A stretch of DNA of 56,769 bases. Source: Phenylobacterium sp. GTDB lineage: Bacteria > Pseudomonadota > Alphaproteobacteria > Caulobacterales > Caulobacteraceae. The DNA is taken from positions 1 through 56,769 of the forward strand of contig NZ_JAUXZW010000179.1 in NCBI RefSeq assembly GCF_030693805.1. Reading direction: 5' to 3'. Numbering within the stretch: position 1 is the first letter of the stretch; every line of letters starts with the position of its first letter. Shown in pieces: positions 17,908 through 28,434 of this stretch. The translations under genes and the position numbers were made by a program. A model generated the notes under the pieces. The model saw nothing but the letters and a program-made list of their open reading frames with translations, had not been told where the DNA came from and searched no databases.

Positions 17908-18822
17908 CTAGGACGGCCGCGACGCCGTGGCGTCCAGCCGCCGCTTGGCTTCGGCGACGACGTCGGCGGGCAGCGGCCCCTTGCGCGCGGCCTCGACGTT
18001 GCTGCGCAGGTGGTCGAGGCTCTTGGTGCCGATGATCGTGGTGTCGAGATCGGGCGAGGCGAGAGCGAAGCGGGTCATAAACTCGATGCGGCCCATGCCG
18101 TCCATCAGCTCGTCGAGCTTGGCCTGCTCCCAGCGCCCGGTCATCTCGTCGCGGCTCAGCATGTAGTAACGCTTGTCCCAGTTGTCGGGCGCGCCGCGCG
18201 CCACGGCGCCGCGGATGATGATGCCCGCTCCGGCCGCAGACGCCCTGGCGATGATCGCTTCGTGCTCGCGCTGCAATGCGGAATACGGGATCTGGAAGAC
18301 GTCGAACACGCCCGCATCGACCTGCTCGGCGAGCTCCGGCAGCGTGCCCGAGATGCCGATGTAGCGGACCTTCCCCTCCTGCTTCAGCGCCAGCAGCTCC
18401 TCCAGCGCGCCGTCCTCCTCCCAACCCTTGCGGGTCAGGCTGCGATGGAACTGCGCCACGTCCAGATGGTCGGTCTTCATGGTGCGCAGGCTGTGCTCGA
18501 CGCCGGCGCGGATGTTCTCCTGGGTGTGGACGTGCGGCCCGCCCATGCCGGCGCCCGGCGTGCAGCCGCACTTGGTGGCCAGCACGAACTCGTCGCGCCG
18601 CCCGGAGATCGCCTTGCCGATGCGCTCTTCGCTGACGCCGTAGCAGACCGCCGTGTCGATGAAGTTGATGCCTGCGTCGAGCACCGCGTTCAGGACCGCG
18701 CCCGCCTCGTCGTCGGTGATCTCGTTGGCGGCGGGCGGCCCGCCCAGGTCCATGGCGCCGAAGCCCAGCACGGTGACCGAGAGGCCGGTCCGGCCCAGCT
18801 GACGTCGTTCGAGATCGCTCAT
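17908..18822 (-). CDS. Aldo/keto reductase
   Basis: RQLGRTGLSV..LGFGAM, GINFIDTAVCYG, ATKCG, GKVRYIGIS. AGGAG SD lies 6 nt before ATG 18822. Confidence 0.9.
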   Translation of the reverse strand: MSDLERRQLGRTGLSVTVLGFGAMDLGGPPAANEITDDEAGAVLNAVLDAGINFIDTAVCYGVSEERIGKAISGRRDEFVLATKCGCTPGAGMGGPHVHTQENIRAGVEHSLRTMKTDHLDVAQFHRSLTRKGWEEDGALEELLALKQEGKVRYIGISGTLPELAEQVDAGVFDVFQIPYSALQREHEAIIARASAAGAGIIIRGAVARGAPDNWDKRYYMLSRDEMTGRWEQAKLDELMDGMGRIEFMTRFALASPDLDTTIIGTKSLDHLRSNVEAARKGPLPADVVAEAKRRLDATASRPS

Positions 18823-18869
18823 AGGCATCTCCTGATTGGCGGCTTGAATCCTATGGGCTCGGAGCCGGT

Positions 18870-21800
18870 CTAGTCCACCGTCTCCAGGACCGGCTCGTCG
18901 GCGACGACCAGTTCGATCAGCAGGTCCTTGGCGTCGATCGCGGCGCCCGGGGTCACGTGCAGCTTGGCGACCATGCCGGAGACCTGGGCGTAGAGTTGGG
19001 TCTCCATCTTCATCGCCTCGATCGACAACAGCGGATCGCCGCGCGCCACCGTCTGGCCCTCCTGCACGCTGATCGAGGAGACCACGCCCGGCATCGGGGC
19101 GGCCACGTGGCCTTCGTCCTCGTCGTCGGCCTTGGGCCGAACGGCGGTCTTGCCGGTGACGGAACGGTCGGGAACCTTGACCACCCGCGGCTGGCCGTTG
19201 AGCTCGAAGAACACCGAGACCAGGCCGTCGTCGTCGTCCGCCTCGCCGATCGCGCGCAAGGTGACCACCAGCCGCTTGCCGCGTTCCAGCTCCACGGCGA
19301 TCTCCTCGCCAACGCTCATGCCGTAGAAGAAGGTCGGCGTCGGCAACCGCGACACCGGCCCATAGGCGCGGTCGCTGGCGCAGTAGTCCTCGAACACCTT
19401 GGGATACATCAGTGACGAGGCCAGGCCCTTGTCGTCGATCTGACGGCCGACGCGGGCGCTGACGGCGGTGCGCACCGCCTCCAGGTCGGCGTGCGGGATC
19501 AGCGAGCCCGGACGCGCGGTATAGGCCTCGGCGCCCTTCAACGCCTTCTTTTGCAGGTCGGCGGGCCACCCGCCGGGAGGCTGGCCCAGATCGCCGCGCA
19601 GCATCTCCACCACCGACTGCGGGAAGGCCACGTCGCGCGCGGGGTCCAGCACGTCGCTCGGCGTCAGCCCTTGCGAGACCATCATCAGCGCCATGTCGCC
19701 GACGACCTTCGACGATGGCGTCACCTTGACGATGTCGCCGAACATGTCGTTGGCCGCACGATAGGCGCGGGCCACGTCATGCCATCGGGAGTCCAGACCG
19801 AGGCCTCTGGCCTGTTCGCGCAGGTTGGTGAACTGGCCGCCTGGCAGTTCGTGCAGATAGACCTCCGAGGCGCCGGACTTCAGGTCGCTCTCGAACGCCG
19901 CGTACTGGCCGCGCACCGCTTCCCAGTAGAAGCTGATCGAACGGATCGCCTCGGGATCGAGGCCAGTATCGCGAGGGGTCCCGCGCAGCGCCTCGACGAT
20001 CGAGCCCAGGCAGGGTTGCGAGGTGGTTCCGGACATCGCGTCCATCGCCGCGTCGAAGGCGTCGACGCCGGCGTCCACCGCGGCCAGGATCGTCGCCCCG
20101 GCTATGCCGGAGGTGTCGTGGGTGTGCAGGTGGATCGGCAGGCCGACCTGCTGCTTCAGCTCGGTGATCAGCACCTTGGCCGCCGCGGGCTTCAGCAACC
20201 CGGCCATGTCCTTGATCGCCAGCACGTGGCAGCCGGCGGCCTCCAACTGCTTGGCCACGCCCACGTAGTAGGCCAGCGAGTACTTGTGCCGCGACGGATC
20301 GAGGATGTCGCCGGTGTAGCAGATCGCGCCCTCGGCTATTCTGCCGGCCTCGGCCACCGCATCGATGGCGACGCGCATGTTCTCGACCCAGTTGAAGCAG
20401 TCGAACACCCGAAACAGGTCGACGCCGGCGTCCGCCGCCTGGCGGATGAAGAAGCGCACCACGTTGTCGGGATAGTTGGCGTAGCCGACGCCGTTGGCGC
20501 CGCGCAGCAGCATCTGCATCAGGGCGTGCGGCGTGCGTTCGCGCAGCATCGCCAGTCGCTCCCACGGGTCCTCCAGCAGGAAGCGCATGGCGACGTCGAA
20601 GGTCGCCCCGCCCCAGCATTCCAGGGACATCAGCTCCGGCAGGCCGTCGGCGTAGGCCCGCGCGGCGCGGGCGATGTCGATGGTGCGGAACCGCGTGGCC
20701 AGCAGCGACTGGTGGGCGTCGCGCATGGTGGTGTCGGTGACCAGCGGCCGGTCGTGAGCCAACATCCAGTCGGCAAAACCCTTGGGGCCAAGACGTTCCA
20801 GGCGCTTTCGCGCGCTGTCGGCCGGTGCAGCCGGTGCGAACACCGGCGCCACGGACTTGCGGGCCTGGGGCGAGGGCCTGGGACGGTTGCGGACCTCGGG
20901 CTGGCCATTGACGCTGACGTCGGCGACGTAGCGCAGCAGCTTGGTCGCCCGGTCGCGTCGGGCGCTGCGGCGAAACAGCTCCGGCGTCTCGTCGATGAAG
21001 CGGGTGGTGTAGGCGTTCGACTGAAACTTCGGATGCGCCAGCACGGCCTCGACGAAGGCGAGGTTGGTCGCCACCCCGCGGATCCGGTATTCGCGCAGCG
21101 CCCGGTCCATCCGCGCGATCACCTCGGCCGGCGTCGGCGCCCATGCGGTGACCTTCTCCAGCAGCGGATCGTAGAAGCGGGTGACCACGGCGCCCGAATA
21201 GGCGGTGCCGCCATCAACGCGGATGCCGAAGCCGAACGCGCCGCGATAGGCGCTGATCCGGCCGTAGTCGGGGATGAAGTTGTTCTCCGGGTCCTCGGTG
21301 GTGATCCGGCACTGCAGCGCGTGACCGCTGAGCCGCAGCTCGGCCTGCGGCGGCACGCCGGTCTCCTCGGCGACGCCCAGGCGCCCACCCTCGGTGATGC
21401 GGATCTGCGCCTTGACGATGTCGATGCCGGTGACCGTCTCGGTGACGGTGTGCTCCACCTGGATGCGCGGATTGACCTCGATGAAATAGAAGGCGCCGGT
21501 GTCCACATCCATCAGGAACTCGACGGTGCCCGCGCCCACGTAGTTGGCGGCGCGGCCGATCATCAGGGCCGCCTCGCACAGCTCCGCACGCTGCGCCTCG
21601 TCCAGATAGGGGGCCGGCGCGCGCTCGATGATCTTCTGGTGGCGGCGCTGGATCGAGCAGTCGCGCTCGAACAGGTGGAACAGGTTCCCGTGGTTGTCGC
21701 CGAGCAGTTGCACTTCCACGTGCCGCGCCCGCTGGACTAGCTTCTCCAGGTAGACCTCGTCCTTGCCGAACGCCGCCTTGGCCTCGCGCCTGGCAGAGGC

Positions 21801-22352
21801 GACGGCGTCGAGCAGTTGGCTTTCGGCCTCGATGGGGCGCATGCCGCGCCCGCCGCCGCCCCACGAGGCCTTCAGCATCACCGGATAGCCGACCACCTGC
21901 GCCATCCGCTTGATCTCCGCCGGGTCGTTCGGCAGCGGCGTGGTCGCCGGCATCACTGGCGCGCCGGCGGAGATCGCCAGGTTGCGCGCCGCCACCTTGT
22001 CGCCGAGGGCTCGCATGGTGGCGGGGCTGGGGCCGATGAAGGCGATGCCGGCGGCGGCGCAGGCCTCGGCGAATTCGGGGCTCTCCGAAAGGAACCCGTA
22101 ACCAGGATGGATCGCGTCGGCCTTGGCCTCGAGCGCGACGCGGATCACCTCGTCTATCGACAGATAGGCCTCGATCGGTCCCATCCCGGCGCCGATCAGA
22201 TAGGCCTCGTCAGCCTTGAACCGATGTAGCGACAGTTTGTCCTGCTCGGCATAGATCGCGATCGTGGCGATCCCCATTTCCGCGGCGGCGCGGAACACGC
22301 GGATGGCGATTTCCGACCGGTTGGCGACGAGCAGGCGTTTGATGGCGCGCAA
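18870..22352 (-). CDS. pyc: Pyruvate carboxylase
   Basis: Biotin carboxylase motifs (ANRSEIA, GGGGRGM, RDCSIQRRHQK), carboxyltransferase motifs (RDAHQSLLATR, HLHTHD, KVTPSSKVVGD) and biotinyl EAMKM. Length 1160 aa. Confidence 0.97.
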   Translation of the reverse strand: MRAIKRLLVANRSEIAIRVFRAAAEMGIATIAIYAEQDKLSLHRFKADEAYLIGAGMGPIEAYLSIDEVIRVALEAKADAIHPGYGFLSESPEFAEACAAAGIAFIGPSPATMRALGDKVAARNLAISAGAPVMPATTPLPNDPAEIKRMAQVVGYPVMLKASWGGGGRGMRPIEAESQLLDAVASARREAKAAFGKDEVYLEKLVQRARHVEVQLLGDNHGNLFHLFERDCSIQRRHQKIIERAPAPYLDEAQRAELCEAALMIGRAANYVGAGTVEFLMDVDTGAFYFIEVNPRIQVEHTVTETVTGIDIVKAQIRITEGGRLGVAEETGVPPQAELRLSGHALQCRITTEDPENNFIPDYGRISAYRGAFGFGIRVDGGTAYSGAVVTRFYDPLLEKVTAWAPTPAEVIARMDRALREYRIRGVATNLAFVEAVLAHPKFQSNAYTTRFIDETPELFRRSARRDRATKLLRYVADVSVNGQPEVRNRPRPSPQARKSVAPVFAPAAPADSARKRLERLGPKGFADWMLAHDRPLVTDTTMRDAHQSLLATRFRTIDIARAARAYADGLPELMSLECWGGATFDVAMRFLLEDPWERLAMLRERTPHALMQMLLRGANGVGYANYPDNVVRFFIRQAADAGVDLFRVFDCFNWVENMRVAIDAVAEAGRIAEGAICYTGDILDPSRHKYSLAYYVGVAKQLEAAGCHVLAIKDMAGLLKPAAAKVLITELKQQVGLPIHLHTHDTSGIAGATILAAVDAGVDAFDAAMDAMSGTTSQPCLGSIVEALRGTPRDTGLDPEAIRSISFYWEAVRGQYAAFESDLKSGASEVYLHELPGGQFTNLREQARGLGLDSRWHDVARAYRAANDMFGDIVKVTPSSKVVGDMALMMVSQGLTPSDVLDPARDVAFPQSVVEMLRGDLGQPPGGWPADLQKKALKGAEAYTARPGSLIPHADLEAVRTAVSARVGRQIDDKGLASSLMYPKVFEDYCASDRAYGPVSRLPTPTFFYGMSVGEEIAVELERGKRLVVTLRAIGEADDDDGLVSVFFELNGQPRVVKVPDRSVTGKTAVRPKADDEDEGHVAAPMPGVVSSISVQEGQTVARGDPLLSIEAMKMETQLYAQVSGMVAKLHVTPGAAIDAKDLLIELVVADEPVLETVD

Positions 22353-22529
22353 GTGATGATCTTCGGCTTGAGGTCAGGACGCTGGAATCCTTGAACCGGC
22401 CCTTCGCCCGCCCCGGAACGTCCCGCCTGCCGCTAGGGCAGGCGGCTGCGTTCTATACGAGAGGCGGGCAGGCGCGCGCCCAAAAAATGCGGGTCTGCAT
22501 GCAATCTCGCAGCTTTGCCTTCGGTCGGT

Positions 22530-24929
22530 TCAGGCCGCGACGACCTGACCGGCTGAGGGCGCCCGTTCAGCGATCGGACGGAAGATCACGTTCAGCACCA
22601 TCGGCCGGTCGTCGGCGCGGGCCGGCGGCGGGACCATCATGAAGGCGTTCTCGTCGTCGCAGCGGAACAGGCCGGGCGCGGCCTCGCTCATGCCTTCGTA
22701 CAGGCGCTGGGCTGGGATGGGCGGCGCCAGGGCGTGACCCACCTTGGCCTCCAGGTCCTGCAGCGGCGCGAAGGACACCGCCTCGATCTGCACGAATGCA
22801 TAGAGCTTGCCGAACTGCAGTCCGATCGCGAAGCGGCAGTCGCCCACCGGCGCGGTGGCGCGGAAGTAGCCGTCGTGGGTGGCGTAGGCCTCGACCTGGG
22901 TCAGCTCCACCGAACCGCCGCCGGCGACCATGATCGGGATCATCGTCGGCTTGTGCAGGAAATCGGCGTAGCGGAGCTGAAGCCCGAACCGCCGCTGGGT
23001 GAGCAGCGCCAGGCTGAGGGGCAGGCCTTCGTCGCGGATCTCGGCCGGCAGGTACATCCGGTCGGCGTTCTTCAGGTAGTAGAGCCCGCTCTGGCGCAGG
23101 CCCTCGGCCCCGCGGTCGGCGTCGAACAGCTTCAGCATGTCCTCGGTGCCGAGGTTCACGTCGTGCTCGAAGTCCTTGAGCACATCGATCTCATCCTTGG
23201 TCGGCAGGAACATCAGGCGGGCCATGGCGGCCGCGGCGGCCTGGCGGCTGGCGTCGGCGTCGTCGGAAGCCGGCGGTCGGACAAACGCCTGACCGTAGCT
23301 GCGCGCATAGTCGACGCAGGCCTCGCCGATCGCCTCGCGCACCGCGCTCTGGCGGCCCTTGACGCTGACCTTGGCCCGGACGGACTTGCCGTCGGCCGTG
23401 TAGTCGACGACCGAGCCTTGCGCCACGGTGCAGAGCTGCTCCAGCACCGAGACGTTGGTGCTGAGGCCCGACAGCGTCGTGAAGTCGTAGTGGTCCGGAC
23501 CGATGAAGCCGCGCTTGTCGTGGCGGGTACGCTCCTGGGCGCGCAGCAGCAGATAGAGGCCGGCGACCTTGACCTTGAGCGCGGTCTCGAACAGCGGCGC
23601 GATCTGGTTTTGGGCGGTGCCGTTGTAGCCCAGGTCGACCAGCGCCAGGGTGTCGCCGGCCCGCGCTCCGGTCTCCTTGGCGACGTACTTGATCAGCCGC
23701 GCGGCGAACGCGGTCGATCGGGCGACGATCCGTTCGATCGACTTGGGCGCGAGCACGGCCTCGGCGAATGCGGCGGACGATCCGCCGGCGTCGCGCACCA
23801 GGCGCTTAACCTCGTCGCGGTCGAACAGGAGTTGGCGGGCGATGACATCCTGGCGGGTGATGGTCAGTTCGCTCTCAACGAAGCGGCGGATCTTCTCCGC
23901 TTCGGTCATCGCCGCCGCCGTGGCGGTGAACCGGCTGAGTTCCAGCGACGAGACAGCCGGACCGTCAGCGTCGGCGATCGCCTCATAGACCCGGCGCGGC
24001 AGGTGGCCGTCGCGCAGCAGGAACACCAGGCGGACCCGGCCGTCCGTATGCTGACGAAGCGCCTTCGCCTCGTCCTTCACCCAGCGGGCGAAGCCGTGGA
24101 GTATGGGGCCCAGGGTCGCGTAGCCGAAGCGTGGCGCCGGTGAGACGTCGGCGCCGACCATGGCGATCTGGGCGCGATGCGGCTGGCGGATCGCCTGGGC
24201 GGCCATGCCGGCCGGCTCGATGATCGCGCGGACCGCAGCCTCCAGCCGCAGGCGCTGCGTGGTCGCCTCGTCGAACTGCTCCAGGTGGATCGCCTTGACG
24301 CCCGTGGCGATCGGCGCTTCGTAGTCGGCCACGCGATTGTCGCCCAGGTGCAGCACGGCGCCGGCGGGAACAGCCAACTCGCGCAGCACATCGCGGAACA
24401 GGCCCGTCGACTTGGTCACGCCGTACTCGCTGGAACAGAAGATCCGGTCGATCAGGCCCAACACCTCGTCGCCGGCGGCCGAGCGGATCAGCGCTTCCAG
24501 ATGGTCGCGGCTGAGGTAGATGTCGCTGACCACCACAACCTTCATGCCGCGCGCTTTCGCCGCGCGCATCAGCGCCACGGTGGGGGCGAAGGCGAAGGTG
24601 TGGCGGGCCTCGGCCGCCAGTTCGCGCGCGATCGCGTCTGCGCGCTCGGCAGGGTCGGCGTCTTCCAGCAACCCGTCGTAGATTTCGGCGATGGTGATCT
24701 CGGAGCGTTCGTGGCGGACCATGGCGCGCTCGCGCGCGGCCTCCTCGCTCCACATGCGGTGGTAGACGCCGGCGGTGTCTGAGAACAACTCGGCGAACAC
24801 GTCGCGCGGCGCATGCGTATTGCGCCAGATCAGGGTGTCGAAGCAGTCCAGCGACAGCACCTTCAGGCCGGCGGGCGCGGCGTCGAGGGCGCTGGCCAGG
24901 CGATCGGGGGTGATCGACCGTTCGGTCAT
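22530..24929 (-). CDS. HAD-superfamily hydrolase with long C-terminal region (type associated with polysaccharide loci)
   Basis: SLDCFDTL motif I, VVSDIY, SSEYGVTK, HLGDNRVAD motif IV, then FLLRDG and VDLGYNGTAQ. Confidence 0.75.
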   Translation of the reverse strand: MTERSITPDRLASALDAAPAGLKVLSLDCFDTLIWRNTHAPRDVFAELFSDTAGVYHRMWSEEAARERAMVRHERSEITIAEIYDGLLEDADPAERADAIARELAAEARHTFAFAPTVALMRAAKARGMKVVVVSDIYLSRDHLEALIRSAAGDEVLGLIDRIFCSSEYGVTKSTGLFRDVLRELAVPAGAVLHLGDNRVADYEAPIATGVKAIHLEQFDEATTQRLRLEAAVRAIIEPAGMAAQAIRQPHRAQIAMVGADVSPAPRFGYATLGPILHGFARWVKDEAKALRQHTDGRVRLVFLLRDGHLPRRVYEAIADADGPAVSSLELSRFTATAAAMTEAEKIRRFVESELTITRQDVIARQLLFDRDEVKRLVRDAGGSSAAFAEAVLAPKSIERIVARSTAFAARLIKYVAKETGARAGDTLALVDLGYNGTAQNQIAPLFETALKVKVAGLYLLLRAQERTRHDKRGFIGPDHYDFTTLSGLSTNVSVLEQLCTVAQGSVVDYTADGKSVRAKVSVKGRQSAVREAIGEACVDYARSYGQAFVRPPASDDADASRQAAAAAMARLMFLPTKDEIDVLKDFEHDVNLGTEDMLKLFDADRGAEGLRQSGLYYLKNADRMYLPAEIRDEGLPLSLALLTQRRFGLQLRYADFLHKPTMIPIMVAGGGSVELTQVEAYATHDGYFRATAPVGDCRFAIGLQFGKLYAFVQIEAVSFAPLQDLEAKVGHALAPPIPAQRLYEGMSEAAPGLFRCDDENAFMMVPPPARADDRPMVLNVIFRPIAERAPSAGQVVAA

Positions 24930-25064
24930 GAGGGTGCGCCTTTCGAGCAGGGCGATGGACCTTGGCTCTGGTCCTAGGCGCTGGGCATTTGGTTTCCGTT
25001 AACGCTAAATTTCTCCGCGCGCGCGAGGGTCCGACGATCCGAAGCCCCCCTTGCGGAGCCGCGT

Positions 25065-26969
25065 ATGAGCATCCAGTTCGCCAAGGCCATCGTCGAGCGC
25101 ATCGGGGCCGGCTCAATGGTCCATGTCGGCGCATCCGAGGACGACGCCCTGGTCCGCGAACTGGCGCTGAACGGCTGTCGCGCGCGCCGCGCCGAGGACG
25201 CGGTGGGCGAGGCGTTCGACGTGATCATCCTCGACCTCGCAGGCGTCAGCCCGATCGCGCCGATCCTGCGCGTCCTGTCGGGCTTCAAGAGCGCCGACAC
25301 CCTGGTCCTGCGTTGCCTGGAGGTGAACCGCTGGGAGGGCGACCAGGTGCTGTTCGCGGCGGGCTGGCGCCGCCACCCCGCCGGCCTGCTGACCCACGAG
25401 TACGAAGGCCTGAACGACACGGCCTATGGGATCGTCAACTTCTACCAGCGGATTCCCGCGGCCGCCGCGGCACGCTGGTCGGTGGAGGACCTGCAGAAGG
25501 ACCGCGGCCTGCACATGGACATGCTGCGAGAGTCCGGCTCGCGCGCCGACGCCCATGTCGTGCGCTATTCGCTGGCGGCGGAGTACGTGCGGCCCGGCGA
25601 CAGGGTGTTGGATTGCGCCTGCGGCCTGGGATACGGCGCCGCTGTGCTGGCCGCCTTGTCCCGCGGCGCGGACTTCCTGGGCATGGACCTGGATCCGGAG
25701 ACCGCCGAGTACGCGCAGGCCAACTACGGCGGGCCCGGCCTGCGCTACGCCGCTGGCGACGTGGCCGTGCTGGAGGGCGTGGCCGACAGCTCCATCGATC
25801 TGATCGTGTCGATGGAGACCCTGGAGCACGTGCCGGACTGGGAGGGTGCGCTGGCCGCCTTCCGCCGGGTGCTGAAGCCTGACGGCCGCGTCGTCTGTTC
25901 GGTGCCCGACCGCTGGATGGACGAGACCGGCGAGGACCCCAACCCCCACCACCTGCACGTCTTCGACTGGGACAAGCTTGCACAGGGCCTCGGCCAGCAC
26001 TTCATCCTGGAGTCCAAGTACGTGCAGTCGGCGCCGGGCGGCTTCAAGCTGCCGGAATCTCCGCGCCTGCTGCGCCAGTGGCCGATGGAAGCCAACGACG
26101 ATACCGAGTGGCTGCTGGCGGTGGTCTCCGCCAACCCCTTCGCCGCCGACGAGGCGCAGATCGCCGGCTTCCGCCATCCGCAGTTCGCCGCCGACGGCGC
26201 GAGCCTGCCCACCGTGGTGGATTTCGCCGGCTCCTACGACAACCCGTATCTCTACCGCACGCTGATCCAGATGGGCGAACGGCTGCGCGACGACGACAAG
26301 CTGTTCCGCCTGGCGCTGATGATCGCCGAGAACGCCCGCGCCGACTCCCCTGATCGCGGCGGAGCGATCACCGTGCTGGGCTATCGCGTCCTCGAGGGTC
26401 GCAGCCTGGACGACGTGCCGAACGTCATCGGGCTGATCGAAAGTTACGAGGCCGCAGGCGACAACGGCGGCGACGCGCACACCGCGCGCTGGCGCATCTC
26501 CCACGCCTTCCTGGCCGGCAAGCTGATGGAGCTCACGGGCGACCATGCCGGCGCCATCGCCTGGTACCGCAAGGCCGCCGAGCTCGACTGGCGCGCGTTC
26601 TCGCCGTTGCTGGCCACGAAGACCGTGGCCGCCAGCTTCTTCGAAGGCCGACTGCACCTGACCGCCGGAGACGAAGGCGCCGCGCGCGCCTGTTTCGAGG
26701 CTGGCGTGCGCGAAGCCCTGGAGGCCGCCCGAGCCCCCACAACCGAGGTCATCGGCGACGCAGCCAGCCCCCTGCCCTTCGGGCTGCAGGAGCTGGCCGA
26801 GGTGATCGACATGGGCTCGCAGTGCGCCAGCGCGCTGGCCAACCTGCCGCTGTGGCGCCGCAGCCCGGGCCTGTTCGCCCGCCAGATCGACACACGACGC
26901 TTCGGCCTCGCCAGTTGGGCCAAGGACCTGGAGCAGGAGAACCGCCGCCTCGCCGGCGTGGGATTCTAG
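25065..26969 (+). CDS. Class I SAM-dependent methyltransferase with C-terminal helical/TPR-like region
   Basis: HVVRY, VLDCACGLGYG, SMETLEHV, RVLKPDG and NPHH motifs. GGAG SD. Confidence 0.8.
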   Translation: MSIQFAKAIVERIGAGSMVHVGASEDDALVRELALNGCRARRAEDAVGEAFDVIILDLAGVSPIAPILRVLSGFKSADTLVLRCLEVNRWEGDQVLFAAGWRRHPAGLLTHEYEGLNDTAYGIVNFYQRIPAAAAARWSVEDLQKDRGLHMDMLRESGSRADAHVVRYSLAAEYVRPGDRVLDCACGLGYGAAVLAALSRGADFLGMDLDPETAEYAQANYGGPGLRYAAGDVAVLEGVADSSIDLIVSMETLEHVPDWEGALAAFRRVLKPDGRVVCSVPDRWMDETGEDPNPHHLHVFDWDKLAQGLGQHFILESKYVQSAPGGFKLPESPRLLRQWPMEANDDTEWLLAVVSANPFAADEAQIAGFRHPQFAADGASLPTVVDFAGSYDNPYLYRTLIQMGERLRDDDKLFRLALMIAENARADSPDRGGAITVLGYRVLEGRSLDDVPNVIGLIESYEAAGDNGGDAHTARWRISHAFLAGKLMELTGDHAGAIAWYRKAAELDWRAFSPLLATKTVAASFFEGRLHLTAGDEGAARACFEAGVREALEAARAPTTEVIGDAASPLPFGLQELAEVIDMGSQCASALANLPLWRRSPGLFARQIDTRRFGLASWAKDLEQENRRLAGVGF

Positions 26970-27727
26970 CCGCGCCGGTACAGGAAGTTCAGCACGTCGC
27001 CGGTGGGCGTGTCGCGGAACTCCGGGTTCTGCTTCTTGTGGATGAAGGTCAGCCCCGCGGCGCCCAGCACCTCGTCGACGCCGGAGACCTGGGCCGCGTC
27101 GGTCTCGATCAGCTCGATGGACACCGACTTGACGCGCGTGTCCGCCAGCACCACCCGGCCGCCGCGCACGATATCGAGCTCGATGCCGTCGACATCGATC
27201 TTCACATGGTCGGGGACGGCGACGCCGAGGTCGCGGCAGAAGCCGTCTATGTCATAGCCGATCATCCCCTGCCGAAAGGCCACCTCATAGGGTCGCCCGC
27301 GGAAATCCAGGTCGCTGCCGAAGCTGGACATGGAGTGGCCGAAGCTGACGTCGGCGAGGTTGATGGTGCTGGCCGCCGGCTCTTGCGCGAAGGCCAGGCA
27401 ATAGGCGGTGATCTGGTCCTGCAGGCCGTTGAGCATGATGTTTGCGCACAGGTGGAAGTAGTTGGCGAAGTGCGGCTCGAAGGCCAGGACCCGTAACCCC
27501 CGCTTGGCCGCATACAGCGAATAGACGCCGACGTTGGCGCCGATGTCCCACAGCGTCTCGCCGGGCTCGAAGCCGTCGATCCACTCGATGGTCTCCGGCT
27601 CCTTGGTGAGCAGGGTGTCGTAGCGCCAGCCGCTGCCCTGCCGCGCGAAGAAGATCGGGCCCGCCGGGGTCGAGGTGACGCCCACATCGCCCAGGCCCAG
27701 GGCGCTCGCCACATCGACGTCGATCAT
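26966..27727 (-). CDS. FkbM family methyltransferase
   Basis: KEPETIEWI, WDIGANVGVYS, AFEP and KIDVDGIE motifs. Confidence 0.9.
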   Translation of the reverse strand: MIDVDVASALGLGDVGVTSTPAGPIFFARQGSGWRYDTLLTKEPETIEWIDGFEPGETLWDIGANVGVYSLYAAKRGLRVLAFEPHFANYFHLCANIMLNGLQDQITAYCLAFAQEPAASTINLADVSFGHSMSSFGSDLDFRGRPYEVAFRQGMIGYDIDGFCRDLGVAVPDHVKIDVDGIELDIVRGGRVVLADTRVKSVSIELIETDAAQVSGVDEVLGAAGLTFIHKKQNPEFRDTPTGDVLNFLYRRG

Positions 27728-27729
27728 GG

Positions 27730-28434
27730 CTACATCGCCGAGCTGTACTGGAGGCCGCGGTGGTAGACGGTCAGCGCCAGCGAGTTACGGATCGCCTCGT
27801 CGGGTCCGAGCTCCTTGACGCTGTGCCAACTCTCGTCGGTGCGCACGAATCCGTAGGCCGAATTAGGCTTGAACGGATTGGTCTTCAGCTCCTGGAAGCC
27901 GTCCGGCGTACGCTCGTGGAACGTGGTGCCCAGGTGGACCTGGCTGTCGTCGGCCGGCAGGTAGAACTGCAGAGTGGCGATCTTGGTCGCCGCGTCCGGA
28001 TGCACGCCGATGCGGTAGCCCGGCAGGTCGCGGTAGAGCAGCGGCACCGCGGTCATCGCCGGGCGGTCGGCGCCGTATTGCGTCTCCAGGGTGACGCGGA
28101 ACTTGGCGGCCAGCGCGTTCAGCAGGGTCTGAGAGGTCAGCGCCTGGGTCAGGCCTCGCCAGAACTCCCGGTCGGCCGCATCCAGCCGCTCCAACGACTG
28201 TTCGGTGAAGTCCAGCAGCTTGCGGGTGACGCGGCCGTCCGGCGCGACGGCGTCGGGATGGCGGATGTCGTCAAGCGCCTCGTCGGCCGGCAGGCGGGCG
28301 AGGATCTCCTGGAACACCTCCGGCGGGAACGCGTCCTCGATGTAGAAGTTCTCGCTTGGGCGCGATTCGATCGTCGCCGCGCCGATCGCCTCGGCAAGGC
28401 GCCTGGCGACGCAGTGGGCATGGTCTTCCGTCAA
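27730..28434 (-). CDS. 2OG-Fe(II) oxygenase-like protein
   Basis: GYRIGVHPD (HxD), FYLP, GT, SWHSV and RNSL. TTG start after GAGGAGG. Confidence 0.7.
   Translation of the reverse strand: MTEDHAHCVARRLAEAIGAATIESRPSENFYIEDAFPPEVFQEILARLPADEALDDIRHPDAVAPDGRVTRKLLDFTEQSLERLDAADREFWRGLTQALTSQTLLNALAAKFRVTLETQYGADRPAMTAVPLLYRDLPGYRIGVHPDAATKIATLQFYLPADDSQVHLGTTFHERTPDGFQELKTNPFKPNSAYGFVRTDESWHSVKELGPDEAIRNSLALTVYHRGLQYSSAM

Noticed and set aside
18823-19569. N-terminal extensions of AKR; likewise CitE (to 38044), MFS (to 32669), DUF5996 (from 52629) and CHAT (from 41884)
   Set aside because: The extensions overlap other genes or spacers. SD-preceded starts coincide with the beginning of family homology.
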